From NCBI GenBank assembly GCA_943787795.1, contig CALSNU010000003.1, positions 96,001-160,000 of the forward strand: 64,000 nt of DNA. The letters are read 5' to 3'. A model generated the notes under the pieces. It saw only the letters and a program-made list of their open reading frames with translations. It was not told the DNA's origin and did no database searches. Source of the DNA: an uncultured bacterium (GTDB lineage Bacteria > Planctomycetota > UBA1135 > GCA-002686595). Position numbers and translations under genes: made by a program. This document shows, one piece after another, positions 19,523-28,891 of the stretch (position 1 is the first letter of the stretch; every line of letters begins with the position of its first letter).

Positions 19523-20446
19523 ATGACGACCATGCCCCCTGAATCTGTTGCGCTGATCGGCGTCCCCATGGACCTCGGTGGGAACCGCCGCGGCGTGGAC
19601 ATGGGACCGAGCGCCCTGCGCATCGCTGGCATCGAGGCAGGGATCGTACGCCTCGGCTCGCGCTTCATCGACCGTGGTAACATCGCCGTCGGTGACCCGC
19701 GCGGAGAGGCACCTTCGGACCCCTCGGCGAAGTACCTCGAGCCCATCGCTGCGTCGTGCGCGGCGCTGGCAGATTCGGTTCAGGAGACGCTGGGGGAGGG
19801 GCACTTCCCCCTCGTCGTCGGCGGCGACCACTCGATCGCGGTGGGCACCGTCGCGGGCGTCACGCGCCACTTCCAGGCGACGGCGGAGGAGGTTGGCGTG
19901 ATCTGGTTCGACGCCCACGCGGACATGAACACCCCCGAGACCTCGGAGTCCGGCAACGTGCACGGGATGCCGCTGGCGTCGATCCTCGGGTCGGGGCCGG
20001 CCGTCCTCACTCAACTCGGCGCCAAGGTCCCCATGGTCCGGCCCGCCCGGGTGGCCATGGTCGGCATCCGCGACGTGGACCGCGACGAGGCCGCGGCGGT
20101 GCGCGAGAGCGGCGTCGCGTGCTTCACCATGCGCGAGATCGACGAGCAAGGGATCCGCGCCGTGATGGAGCAGGCCATCGCCCACGCCACGGACGGCACC
20201 GCGGGTTTCCACCTCTCCTTCGACGTGGACGGGACGGACCCGAGCGTCTGCCCCGGCGTGGGGACGCCGGTCGCAGGCGGGATCACCTACCGCGAGGCGC
20301 ACACGGTCATGGAGATGGCCGCCACCTCGGGCAAGCTGGTGAGCCTCGAGCTGACCGAGATCAATCCGATCCTCGACGACGGCAACCGGACGGCTATTGC
20401 TGCTCGGGAGTTTGCTCTCTCTGCGCTCGGGAAGAGCGTGCTCTGA
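19523..20446 (+). CDS. rocF: Arginase
   Basis: GVDMGPSALR, GGDHSIA, DAHADMN, SGNVHGMP, SFDVDGTDP, PGVGTPV, TEINP. Confidence 0.92.
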   Translation: MTTMPPESVALIGVPMDLGGNRRGVDMGPSALRIAGIEAGIVRLGSRFIDRGNIAVGDPRGEAPSDPSAKYLEPIAASCAALADSVQETLGEGHFPLVVGGDHSIAVGTVAGVTRHFQATAEEVGVIWFDAHADMNTPETSESGNVHGMPLASILGSGPAVLTQLGAKVPMVRPARVAMVGIRDVDRDEAAAVRESGVACFTMREIDEQGIRAVMEQAIAHATDGTAGFHLSFDVDGTDPSVCPGVGTPVAGGITYREAHTVMEMAATSGKLVSLELTEINPILDDGNRTAIAAREFALSALGKSVL

Positions 20447-20783
20447 TCCGCCGCTCCGCGTCGCCGAGTCGGCGCTGCTTATCGGCTTCCTGCTTTCGCT
20501 CTTCCCTGGAGGGCCCCGCGGGCTCGGTCGGTTCGTCGTAGGGCTCCGCCACCCTTCCGGCGCGCCTGGGCGTCCAGAGGGCGAGGTTCATGGTCGTCAC
20601 CAGGATCGAAGTGAACGGCCAGAACCAGGGCTGATCGCTCCACGGCTTCATGAGCCAGCGGTTGGAGTTGACGCTGAAGCGGACCTTGGTCTCGAGCGTC
20701 AGGAGCAGGAACACCACCGTCGCGGACAGGCCTATGCTGAGGATCGCTCGCCGGGTGGGGTCAAGGGAGGGAAGGAAGCGCAT
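20394..20783 (-). CDS. Small hypothetical membrane protein (2 TM, charged C-terminal tail)
   Basis: Two hydrophobic segments; fills the gap; 3' end overlaps the arginase end by 53 bp. Confidence 0.45.
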   Translation of the reverse strand: MRFLPSLDPTRRAILSIGLSATVVFLLLTLETKVRFSVNSNRWLMKPWSDQPWFWPFTSILVTTMNLALWTPRRAGRVAEPYDEPTEPAGPSREERKQEADKQRRLGDAERRIRARSSRAQREQTPEQQ

Positions 20784-20927
20784 GGGGTGAGCGGAAGGAG
20801 TCCGGCCGGCGGGCTGCGAGCGGGCCGGGCGGGGGCGGTCAGGAATTTCAGCCTAGGCAACGGCGCGGTTGGGCGCCACTGGCGGGGGCTGGAGGCAAGA
20901 CTCACAGCCGAGACCGCCTGATCGAAG

Positions 20928-20955
20928 AGGAGCGCGGCCCACGGGCCGCGCTCCT
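20928..20955 (-). terminator. GC-rich hairpin downstream of the ECF operon
   Basis: aggagcgcggccc-ac-gggccgcgctcct, a perfect 13-bp inverted repeat about 50 bp past the stop at 21007; weak U tract. Confidence 0.6.
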
Positions 20956-21006
20956 GGTCGGCTTGAGCGCCGCGGTCGTTGCCCCCCGCCGATGTTCAGC
21001 GGGCGG

Positions 21007-22770
21007 TCAACGGACCCTCCTCACCTCCAGCTCGACTCGCAGCGCCTGCCCGCTCTCGTCCCCGAGGACGATCTTCCAGGAGTCTTGCCCACTTGGGGCC
21101 GCGGTGCCCCGCTCATTGAGCCGGGTGATCGCGGTGGACGTCGCGGCGAGGGAGCGCACCATCGGGTTCTCCACCAGCTCAATATTCTGGCTCACCTGGC
21201 CCTCCACGACGAATGCGAGGTCGCCGGAGCGAAGGCGATCCACCTGGATCGCGCAGGCGAGGCCCTCGAAGTGAAGAGTGACTTCCGGGTCGCGAATCGC
21301 GGCGTTCTTTGCCACCTCAACGCTGAAGTCCCTGACGAGCAGGCCCTCCGCACCAACGGCCAGCAGCCCCTGGGTCCCCCCGATGGTCTCGACCGCCGCG
21401 GTTCCTGACCCCTCTCCGCAAGTCCAGCTCGCCCGGATCGTGTAGACCGACGGCGATTCGCCCAGAAGGAGCGAGGTCGCGTCCATGACGGACTGGGTGC
21501 CCTCACTCTCGAAGACCAGCAGCGTCGCGTCAGGGCCCTTGATGCAGTCCGCGCCGGCCTGGAGGCGCCGAGAGATCATCTCCAAGAGACTATCGTCGCG
21601 CCTCGACAGTTGGGCGCGCAGCGGAGCCTCTCCTGGATCGCGCTTGTGGTCCTCGCCGACCACGAAGTTATTCAGCCCTTCGAGGATGTTCCCGACGCCC
21701 TCGACGCGCGCTGGGGCGAAGGCGCCGCGAGCAACAGCAAGCATGCTCTTGCCCGCGCCCATGGCGAACACCTCGGCGCTGGGCGGCGCCGAGAGGAGCT
21801 CGATGGCCACGTGGTGGCCGGGGCGCGTGGACAGGATGGTGGCGTCACCTCTACGAAGAGCGGTCTCGCCCGCCGCGGCTCCCCCGATCAGGCCGAAGGT
21901 CTCGTGCCAGCCAACGCCCTCATCGGTCTCAAGACCGCTCCCCGCCACCGCCACGCGGAACTGCGTTTGAAACGGTCCGTTGACATCGCGTTCCTCTCTC
22001 TCCGTCTCCTGCGCGATGTAGGCGAGGCGGAGGGTGTTTCCTGACCAGCTGCCGAGGAGCGCGAGATCCAACCCCTCGGCCACGTCGAGGATCAGTGGAT
22101 CACCGATCGCCGCGGCCTCGGCGATCTCCACTTCGAGGCCGTACATCGTCGAGTGCGCTATCAGTTCGCGGACGCGGGTCAGCCTGGACGCCGGAAGCGT
22201 GATCTCCCTCGTGGTCTCGAGCCCCTCGCGAGCGAGGCCACGCCAGGCGTCCCCGCCCGCAGCGCGAGCCGCAGCGAGCTGATCCGCGTCGGCAGCGAAG
22301 CGCGTCACGCGGAGCCGTGGAGCGGCGGCGAGGAGCGCCTCGAGACGTTGGAGTAGATCCGCGAACGCCGCATGCGCCTCGGCGGGTGCCTCCATGTAGA
22401 GCACGCCCGGCTCCACGAACTCTGCAGTCGTGATCCATCCACCATGGAGCTCGCTGAAGGCGCGAAACGCCACCTCCGACGGCCGCTCCCCTTCGTCGCG
22501 AGGCACGACCTCTTCGGCGCGCGGAACGACCTGCAGCAGGGGAATCACGGGGATGGGGTGGAGCTCCTCGGCGTGGCCTGCGCCCAGCAGATCGAAGGCG
22601 CGCAGGTCGACGAGTCGCGCGACGTCCGCGCGGGCGGTCTCCGCGGAGTCGCCGTCGTTTGACGGGGCCGCGCAAGGGGCCGCCCAAGGGGCCGCCGAAG
22701 TGGCCGAAGATAGGGCCGACGCCGAGGAGAGGGTCAGGGAGAGGGCGAGCGGAAGTACGAGTCGTTGCAT
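21007..22770 (-). CDS. Secreted protein with duplicated secretin-like modules
   Basis: Signal peptide; GVLYMEAPAEAHAAFADLLQRL resembles a secretin N-domain; repeated motif YGLEVEIAEAAAIGDPL...EGL / DFSVEVAKNAAIRDPEV...EGL. Confidence 0.5.
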   Translation of the reverse strand: MQRLVLPLALSLTLSSASALSSATSAAPWAAPCAAPSNDGDSAETARADVARLVDLRAFDLLGAGHAEELHPIPVIPLLQVVPRAEEVVPRDEGERPSEVAFRAFSELHGGWITTAEFVEPGVLYMEAPAEAHAAFADLLQRLEALLAAAPRLRVTRFAADADQLAAARAAGGDAWRGLAREGLETTREITLPASRLTRVRELIAHSTMYGLEVEIAEAAAIGDPLILDVAEGLDLALLGSWSGNTLRLAYIAQETEREERDVNGPFQTQFRVAVAGSGLETDEGVGWHETFGLIGGAAAGETALRRGDATILSTRPGHHVAIELLSAPPSAEVFAMGAGKSMLAVARGAFAPARVEGVGNILEGLNNFVVGEDHKRDPGEAPLRAQLSRRDDSLLEMISRRLQAGADCIKGPDATLLVFESEGTQSVMDATSLLLGESPSVYTIRASWTCGEGSGTAAVETIGGTQGLLAVGAEGLLVRDFSVEVAKNAAIRDPEVTLHFEGLACAIQVDRLRSGDLAFVVEGQVSQNIELVENPMVRSLAATSTAITRLNERGTAAPSGQDSWKIVLGDESGQALRVELEVRRVR

Positions 22771-22842
22771 GAAACGGTCCAGTCGAGGGGTGGGAACGGA
22801 TTGGATACTGGGGGCCGATCGGGCGGCGGACGAGCGGTGTGT

Positions 22843-24615
22843 TCAGTGGGGGCGGGCGCCGGAGCGCCGACCGACGGCGCGGGTCAGGCGCGCATGCAGC
22901 GCGGTGGGCGGTCCGCCGCGTCGCAGCGCGCGGTCGATGGCAGCAGGGGTCTGGTCAAGCTCGCCGCCGAGGGCCTGCCATGCCATCCACGCAGCCGCCG
23001 CCAGGCGAGGGGAGGGGTCCTGCCGGAGGGGCGCGAGCTCGTCGAGGAGTAAGGGGGCTGGCGGCCCGCTCTGTGGTCCGATCGCCGCGAGGTGCAGCAG
23101 CGCGTCGATGCGGGAAGAGAGGGCACGGTCGCCGCTCGCGCGGGCGGCCAGTCGGACGAGCAGGAGTGTTGGGTTGTCTTCGGATGCCTCTGCCGCGAAG
23201 GCCCGCATCGTGGCGCTCACGAGCACCGCCGCGGCCCCCTCGCGGAGCGCTGCCTCGAGCATGAGGTCCGCGTTCGCGCCGATGGCGGCGCGCCACGCTG
23301 CGTCCTCGAAGTCGGACCGGAGCCGCCCGCTCGCGGTGGCGCCGAGCAACGCGTCGGCCCCGCCAAGTGGGAGCAGGGCAGCGAGGGCGGCCGGGGCGGA
23401 TCGGTCGCCGTCGACGAGGGCGGCCATGACCATCGGCAAGGCGGTTTCGACCGGGCGGAGCGTCGTGGCTCGCACCAGCCGGGACCGCTCGACGTCCCGG
23501 GGCGGTCGCCGCTCCAGGGTCTGTGCCAGGGCGTCCTCCGCGTCCTCGCGTGTGGCCCATGCATCGAGCCAGGGGCTCTCTCCCGTCGCCAGGAACCGGT
23601 CGAGAAGCTCCCTCGCCATGCGATCGGGACTCGCGATCGCGACGCGAGCGGCGATGGACGGGTCGGTCTCCGCAGGCATGGCGTCGAGGGGGTCCAGGTC
23701 CTCTCCAGCGCTTGCGTTGGCCAGGGCGTCCACGGCGATCGCGCCCCGCTCGCCGCCTTCCGCCGACAGGCTCCAGAGGATCCGGACGCCCCGCTCGCCG
23801 CCGTCGAGGAGTGACCGCGCAGCGGCGTGTCCGAGGGTGCTGAACTGATCGCGGAGGAGGGCGCGATCCCGGACGTCGGCACGAGGACCGAGCAAGCGCG
23901 CGGCGGCTCCCCGCAGCGCTTGTGGCCCATCCGTACCAAGCACGCCGCGTGCGCCGCGTGCGAGATCGGTGGGGTCCAGCATGTCCAGCTCGAGGAGCAG
24001 TGGCTGGAGATCGGAGGAACGGTAGGGATCGAACCCCGTGGCATCGAGGGCGTGCAGGAGGTCCGCGGTGAAGCGCTCGAGGTCCAAGGGGGCGCGTTCG
24101 TCGCCGAGGACGAGTTCGCGGCCCGGCCGATCGGCTGCAGACCTGGCTCCGACGGTCTCAGCAGGCGCGTTGTCGGCCGCCGCGGCGAGGTCCACCCGCG
24201 GTGCGACCGAAGGGCGCTCTTCAAGCCCGTGTGGACGCGCCGTGTGGCTCCGAACCACGAGCAGAAGGGCCGCGGCAGCGGCGAGCACGAGCGATGCCGC
24301 GCCCAGTTGCACGGCTCGCCGCGGGGCAAGGCGGCGGGGTCGAAGCGGCGGAGCCTCGCCGGTCGGTGATCGGTCCGAGTCGATGCGCGAGAAGACGCCT
24401 TCGATGAAGGCTTCCTCCCCGGCGCGGGTCAGCTCGGCCACGGCGGCGCCGTCGAGGAGGCCGCGCATGCGTCGGGCCACTTGGAGCTCCGCCGCGCAAT
24501 TAGCACAGGTCTCCGCGTGGCGCTCCACCGCGGCGACGGACTCGAGTGAGGCGTGGCCATCGACGAGCTCGCGAAGGGACTCGCGCCAGGCGCGGCAGGG
24601 GCGAGGCGCTCTCAT
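22843..24615 (-). CDS. zf-HC2 anti-sigma factor with TM and large helical-repeat extracytoplasmic domain
   Basis: HAETCANC (HxxxCxxC), TM LGAASLVLAAAAALLLVV; ATGA overlap with the ECF sigma stop. Confidence 0.8.
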   Translation of the reverse strand: MRAPRPCRAWRESLRELVDGHASLESVAAVERHAETCANCAAELQVARRMRGLLDGAAVAELTRAGEEAFIEGVFSRIDSDRSPTGEAPPLRPRRLAPRRAVQLGAASLVLAAAAALLLVVRSHTARPHGLEERPSVAPRVDLAAAADNAPAETVGARSAADRPGRELVLGDERAPLDLERFTADLLHALDATGFDPYRSSDLQPLLLELDMLDPTDLARGARGVLGTDGPQALRGAAARLLGPRADVRDRALLRDQFSTLGHAAARSLLDGGERGVRILWSLSAEGGERGAIAVDALANASAGEDLDPLDAMPAETDPSIAARVAIASPDRMARELLDRFLATGESPWLDAWATREDAEDALAQTLERRPPRDVERSRLVRATTLRPVETALPMVMAALVDGDRSAPAALAALLPLGGADALLGATASGRLRSDFEDAAWRAAIGANADLMLEAALREGAAAVLVSATMRAFAAEASEDNPTLLLVRLAARASGDRALSSRIDALLHLAAIGPQSGPPAPLLLDELAPLRQDPSPRLAAAAWMAWQALGGELDQTPAAIDRALRRGGPPTALHARLTRAVGRRSGARPH

Positions 24616-25271
24616 CGGCCGTCCTCCTCGTCGAGCAGGGGGCCGAGCATCCGGCGCAGGGCGCGGCGGGCCTGGACCAACTGAGTGCGAACGGTGGCAG
24701 CGCGCACACCTGTGATGCGGGCGACGTGGTCGTAGCTCTGGCCCTCGAGGGCACGGAGCACAAAGGGCACGCGGAGCCGCTCGGGGAGAGCGGCGATGGC
24801 GAGCTCGACTCGCCGCCGCGTCTCCGCCTCCTCCGTGATCGCGCTCGGGGTCCGCATGCTGCCGGCCAGCGCGTCAGGCCCCTGGCCGTCCAGCAAGGAG
24901 GCTGCGGCGTCCTCGGGGCGGCGCCCGCGGGCGCGCTGCAGATCGCGGCTGAGGTGGACCGCGATGCCGAGCAGCCAGGAGGAGAACGCGGCAGCCGGGC
25001 GGTCGGCCTCGCGGAGGGTCTCGAGGCCGTGCCATGCGCGGACGAAGGTCTCCTGGGCGACGTCCTCGGCGTCCTCGTGGTTGCCCACGAGGCGCAGGGC
25101 CACTCGTTGGACCCGGGGTCGGTGGATCCGGATCAGGTCCGAGAAGGCCGCCCGGTCACCCCGAGAGGCCCGCTCGAGGCGCTCGGCGATCGCCCGCGCA
25201 CCTGCGCCAGGGTCTCCTCCGGTCCCCGCCTGCTCCATGGGGCTGAGCAGCTTCAATGCCCTCGACGTCAT
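24612..25271 (-). CDS. ECF sigma-70 factor
   Basis: GDRAAFSDLI, DAEDVAQETFVRAW, FSSWLLGIA, LPERLRVPFVLR, SYDHVARITG...TVRTQLVQAR. Start may be the second Met. Confidence 0.92.
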   Translation of the reverse strand: MTSRALKLLSPMEQAGTGGDPGAGARAIAERLERASRGDRAAFSDLIRIHRPRVQRVALRLVGNHEDAEDVAQETFVRAWHGLETLREADRPAAAFSSWLLGIAVHLSRDLQRARGRRPEDAAASLLDGQGPDALAGSMRTPSAITEEAETRRRVELAIAALPERLRVPFVLRALEGQSYDHVARITGVRAATVRTQLVQARRALRRMLGPLLDEEDGR

Positions 25272-25388
25272 CTGAGGGGAGTAGGGAGCGGGGACGAGGT
25301 GGTGACGGGCTTCACGCGATGTGGGTCGCCGGGCGCCTCGAGCTGTCGACGTGAATTCCCGAGTTCAGCAGCCTCGCCCGCCTCGGGG

Positions 25389-25472
25389 TGCCCGCCTGGG
25401 TGTGCCTGCTTGGATATGCCGGACTTGATGTGCCGGATGGGGGGTGCCGCATGGGGGGTGCCGCATGGGGGG
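25389..25472 (+). repeat. Degenerate tandem repeat, 6 x 14 bp, each unit starting TGCC
   Basis: tgcccgcctgggtg tgcctgcttggata tgccggacttgatg tgccggatgggggg tgccgcatgggggg tgccgcatgggggg. Confidence 0.8.
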
Positions 25473-25693
25473 TGATCAAAGCGAGGGCTTCGACTCGTCG
25501 CAGCGGAGGAGCCTCGGCGTGCAGCGGGAGATGGATGTGGAGGGCCCGATGGGCTCCGTGCGAACTCAGCGTGGCCCCGGTGAGGTCGCTGCGACCTACA
25601 CCTCGGAGGAGGACGCCACGCACCCGACGAGTCGGGTTCTGACCCCCACGCGGTCTCGCACCATCGGCTCGCGGGGTGTGAACCTCGGAGGTG

Positions 25694-27499
25694 TCAGAGC
25701 GCGAACGGCCACCAGATCGGGATGGCGACCGTGGCCACTGTGCCGGTCAGGAGCGCGAGGGGCGCGCCCACCCGGAGGAAGTCGCGGTACTTGTAGCCGC
25801 CAGGGCCCATGACCATGGCGTTGGCCTGGTGGGCGACGGGGGAGAGGAAGGCGAGGCTTGAGCCGGCCACGACGGCCATGACCATGGGCTCGGGCGAGAC
25901 GCCCAGGGACGCCGCGAGCTTGAGGGCGACCGGGGTCATGATCACGGCGGTCGAGACGTTGTTCAGCACCTGGGTGAGCAGCATCGTCACCGTGAGGATC
26001 ACCGCCAGGATGAGCTGCGGGCTGAGGCTGTCGCTGGCGAGGTTCGAGATGCCGGAGGCGACGACGTCGTCGAGGCCAACCTTCTGGAAGGCGCCCCCAA
26101 GGGAGAGCATGCCACCCACGAGCGCGATGACCTTGAAGTCGATCACCCGAGGCACCTCGTCGGGGCGGATCACCCTGGTGAGCACCAGGACCATGGCGCC
26201 GGCGAGCCCGAGGATGGCGAGGGGCTGATCCGTGAGGGCGGCGCCGAGGAGCACCGCGAGGAGCGTGAGGATCACGATCCAGGACTGGCTGCTCGCGACA
26301 GGGGCCTGGACCTCGTCCAGGGTCAGCACCTGGCGCTCCTGGCGGGCGCGGTCGATGTCGCGCAGGTGGCCCTGGACGAGCAGGGTGTCCCCGATCTCGA
26401 GCGGTAGGTCCTGCAATCGGCTCAGCTGGATCTCTCCGTGGCGAGACATGGCGAGGACGTTCAGGCCCGTCCGGGTCCGGAAGGCAGCCGAGGCCAGGGT
26501 CTGGCCGACGTAGAGGGAGCCGGCGGGCACCACAGCCTCCACGAGCCGCACGTCGTCGGAGTACAGGCGGGAGTCGCCCGCCTCCACGGATTGGCGTTGC
26601 TGAAGCGGGAGCACCTCCGAGAGGCGAAGGAGGTCGTCCGGGGAGCCCTGGAGGATGAGCGTGTCGTCCGCTCGGATCCGGTTGTAGGGGCCAGGGGCCA
26701 GGACAGGCCGCTCGCCGGTGCCGCGCACGATGCCGAGCACGGTCACGTTGAACCGGCTGAAGACGTCGACGTCGGCGACGTTCCGGTTGATCAGCTCGCT
26801 GGTAGGCTCCACCAGGACCTCCGTCACGAACTTCGGGACCTGGTAGCGATCCGAGAGGGTCTCCTCCACGTCGGAGCGCGGGAGCAACCAGCGCCCGGGG
26901 CCCACGAAGTACAGCACCGTAACGAGCAGCAGCAGGAGCCCGAGGTGGCTGAACTCGAAGAGCCCGAACGGGCCGCAGGGCTCGTTCTTCAGGATCTCGT
27001 TGATGGCGATGTTGGTGGAGGTGGCGACGACAGTCACCAGCCCGCCGACCAGGCTCCCGAACGCGAGCGGGAGGAGGAGCCTGGAGAGGGGGACCCGCAG
27101 CCGGTGGCTGACGGAGTTCGCCACCGGGATGAGGGTGGCCACGACCCCGGTGTTGGAGAGCACTGAGGAGAGCAGACCGGAGACGGCGGTGACCCGGAGC
27201 ACGACACCGGGCTCCCGGCCCGGGTGAGCGGGCCCAGCGCCCAGCACACGGCGTCCCATGCCCTCAGCGAGCCCGCTCTTCGTGAAGGCGTGCCCGAACA
27301 TGTACATGGCGGCGATCAGCACCACAGCCGACGAGGAGAAGCCGTCGAACCCCTCTTCAACGTCGAGGACGCCGGTCAGCACGAGGGCCACGACGACCGC
27401 GAGGGCCGTGACCTCGAACCGGACGGCGTCCGTGACGAAGAGGATCAGACTCCCCGCCAGGATCGCGAGGACGATGGACTGGTCGTCGAAATTGGGCAT
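25694..27499 (-). CDS. SLC13/CitMHS-type permease with two TrkA-C domains
   Basis: SSVLSNTG, TSTNI, central soluble TrkA-C pair, TQVLNNVSTA, SPVAHQANAMVMGPGGYKYRDF. Confidence 0.9.
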   Translation of the reverse strand: MPNFDDQSIVLAILAGSLILFVTDAVRFEVTALAVVVALVLTGVLDVEEGFDGFSSSAVVLIAAMYMFGHAFTKSGLAEGMGRRVLGAGPAHPGREPGVVLRVTAVSGLLSSVLSNTGVVATLIPVANSVSHRLRVPLSRLLLPLAFGSLVGGLVTVVATSTNIAINEILKNEPCGPFGLFEFSHLGLLLLLVTVLYFVGPGRWLLPRSDVEETLSDRYQVPKFVTEVLVEPTSELINRNVADVDVFSRFNVTVLGIVRGTGERPVLAPGPYNRIRADDTLILQGSPDDLLRLSEVLPLQQRQSVEAGDSRLYSDDVRLVEAVVPAGSLYVGQTLASAAFRTRTGLNVLAMSRHGEIQLSRLQDLPLEIGDTLLVQGHLRDIDRARQERQVLTLDEVQAPVASSQSWIVILTLLAVLLGAALTDQPLAILGLAGAMVLVLTRVIRPDEVPRVIDFKVIALVGGMLSLGGAFQKVGLDDVVASGISNLASDSLSPQLILAVILTVTMLLTQVLNNVSTAVIMTPVALKLAASLGVSPEPMVMAVVAGSSLAFLSPVAHQANAMVMGPGGYKYRDFLRVGAPLALLTGTVATVAIPIWWPFAL

Positions 27500-27719
27500 G
27501 ACGTGACCACGGAGGCTCCCGCCTTCCTCCAGGTGCTTTGGGTGGAGATGACCCCGCCGACTCCCTCAGGAGGCATGCCGGGCCAGGTCAGCGGGCGCGC
27601 GCCGTGCCTGCGCGTCCACCTCTAGTAGTCTAGCGGGCTTCATCGATCGACGCCCGTGAGCTATAAGGGAACGCCGCTGACGTACCCTCTGGCAGCTCTC
27701 TCCCGCACGGACCCACCCC

Positions 27720-28853
27720 TTGGCCTATTCACCGATCGATCCCCAGGCGCTCGCCCGCCGCACCGGCTCCTGGCTCAGCAGCGAGGGGCCGGAGTCCGAT
27801 GTGGTGGTGTCCAGCCGCGTGCGTCTCGCTCGAAACGTCGAGGGAGCGCCATTCATGTCGCGGATCTCGGGCGAACAGGCCGAGGAGCTCAGCCAGACGC
27901 TCCGCGGAGCGCTGGTCGAGGCCAGCATCGACGGGGAGACGCGCTGGGTCACCATGACCGAGGCGCCCGCGGTGCTCCGTCTCCTGCTGCTGGAGCGCAA
28001 CCTCATCAGCCGGGACCTCCTGCCCCGGGACGAGCACTCCTCGGCCCCGGGAAGGGCCATGGCCTTCGGAGAGTCTGAGACGGTCTCCGTCATGGTGAAC
28101 GAGGAGGACCACGTCCGCCTGCAGGCTATGGCTGCGGGCCTCGACCTCGAGCTCGCCTGGGAGCGCGCCGAGGCTCTCGATCGCTTCCTGGAGGACCGGG
28201 TGCCCTTCGCCACCTCGGACCGGCTGGGCTACCTGACGGGCTGCCCGACCAACGTGGGGACAGGGCTCCGCGCCTCGGTGATGCTGCACCTCCCGGCGCT
28301 CGGGATGGTTCGCCAGGAGCTCGACAAGGTCTTCGCCGCCGCCCAGCGCACCGGGCTCGCGGTGCGCGGCATGCATGGCGAGGGCAGCCGCGCCGCCGGC
28401 GACCTCTACCAGATCAGCAACCAGGTGACCCTGGGACGAAGTGAGGCCGAGCTGATCGGCGATCTGCGGGCGCTCGTGCCAGAGATCGTTCGCTTCGAGC
28501 GGCGCATGCGGGACGCGCTGGTGAGCGAGATGCGTCAGGCGCTCGTCGATCGCATCGCGCAGTCCTTCGGGACCCTGCGCACCTCGCGGGCCATGCCCAC
28601 CGAGGCCGCGCTTGCGCACCTCTCCTCCGTCCGCCTCGGCCTGCACACGGGGATCTTTGGCGGCGCCCGCATGGAGACGCTCAACGAGCTGGCGCTGCAT
28701 GTTCAGCGAGGTCACATCCAGATCCTCGCCTCCACAGGCGATGCCGAGGACCTCCTGGACACCTCCGAGCGAGACAAGCTGAGGGCGAGCTACCTGCGCC
28801 AGCGCCTCGCGGGCGTGAAGCCGTCTGGAACGGACGACGCGCCCGCAGGGTAG
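27720..28853 (+). CDS. mcsB: Protein-arginine kinase McsB (ATP:guanido phosphotransferase family)
   Basis: SSRVRLARN, VMVNEEDHVRLQ, GYLTGCPTNVGTGLRASVMLHLPAL, VRGMHGEGS, YQISNQVTLG. TTG start uncertain. Confidence 0.92.
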   Translation: MAYSPIDPQALARRTGSWLSSEGPESDVVVSSRVRLARNVEGAPFMSRISGEQAEELSQTLRGALVEASIDGETRWVTMTEAPAVLRLLLLERNLISRDLLPRDEHSSAPGRAMAFGESETVSVMVNEEDHVRLQAMAAGLDLELAWERAEALDRFLEDRVPFATSDRLGYLTGCPTNVGTGLRASVMLHLPALGMVRQELDKVFAAAQRTGLAVRGMHGEGSRAAGDLYQISNQVTLGRSEAELIGDLRALVPEIVRFERRMRDALVSEMRQALVDRIAQSFGTLRTSRAMPTEAALAHLSSVRLGLHTGIFGGARMETLNELALHVQRGHIQILASTGDAEDLLDTSERDKLRASYLRQRLAGVKPSGTDDAPAG

Positions 28854-28891
28854 AGGACCCTGCGGACGCGCCGTTAGAGTGGGGCGGAGGC

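Noticed and set aside
25444..25812. Small plus-strand ORF between the ECF and SLC13 genes with somewhat coding-like codons
   Set aside because: It starts inside the tandem repeat, overlaps the permease 3' end by about 120 bp and has no recognisable motif; cannot be supported.
19523..28853. Functional link between arginase and the arginine kinase-like gene
   Set aside because: The genes are about 7 kb apart and separated by unrelated operons; McsB-type enzymes act on protein Arg, not free arginine.
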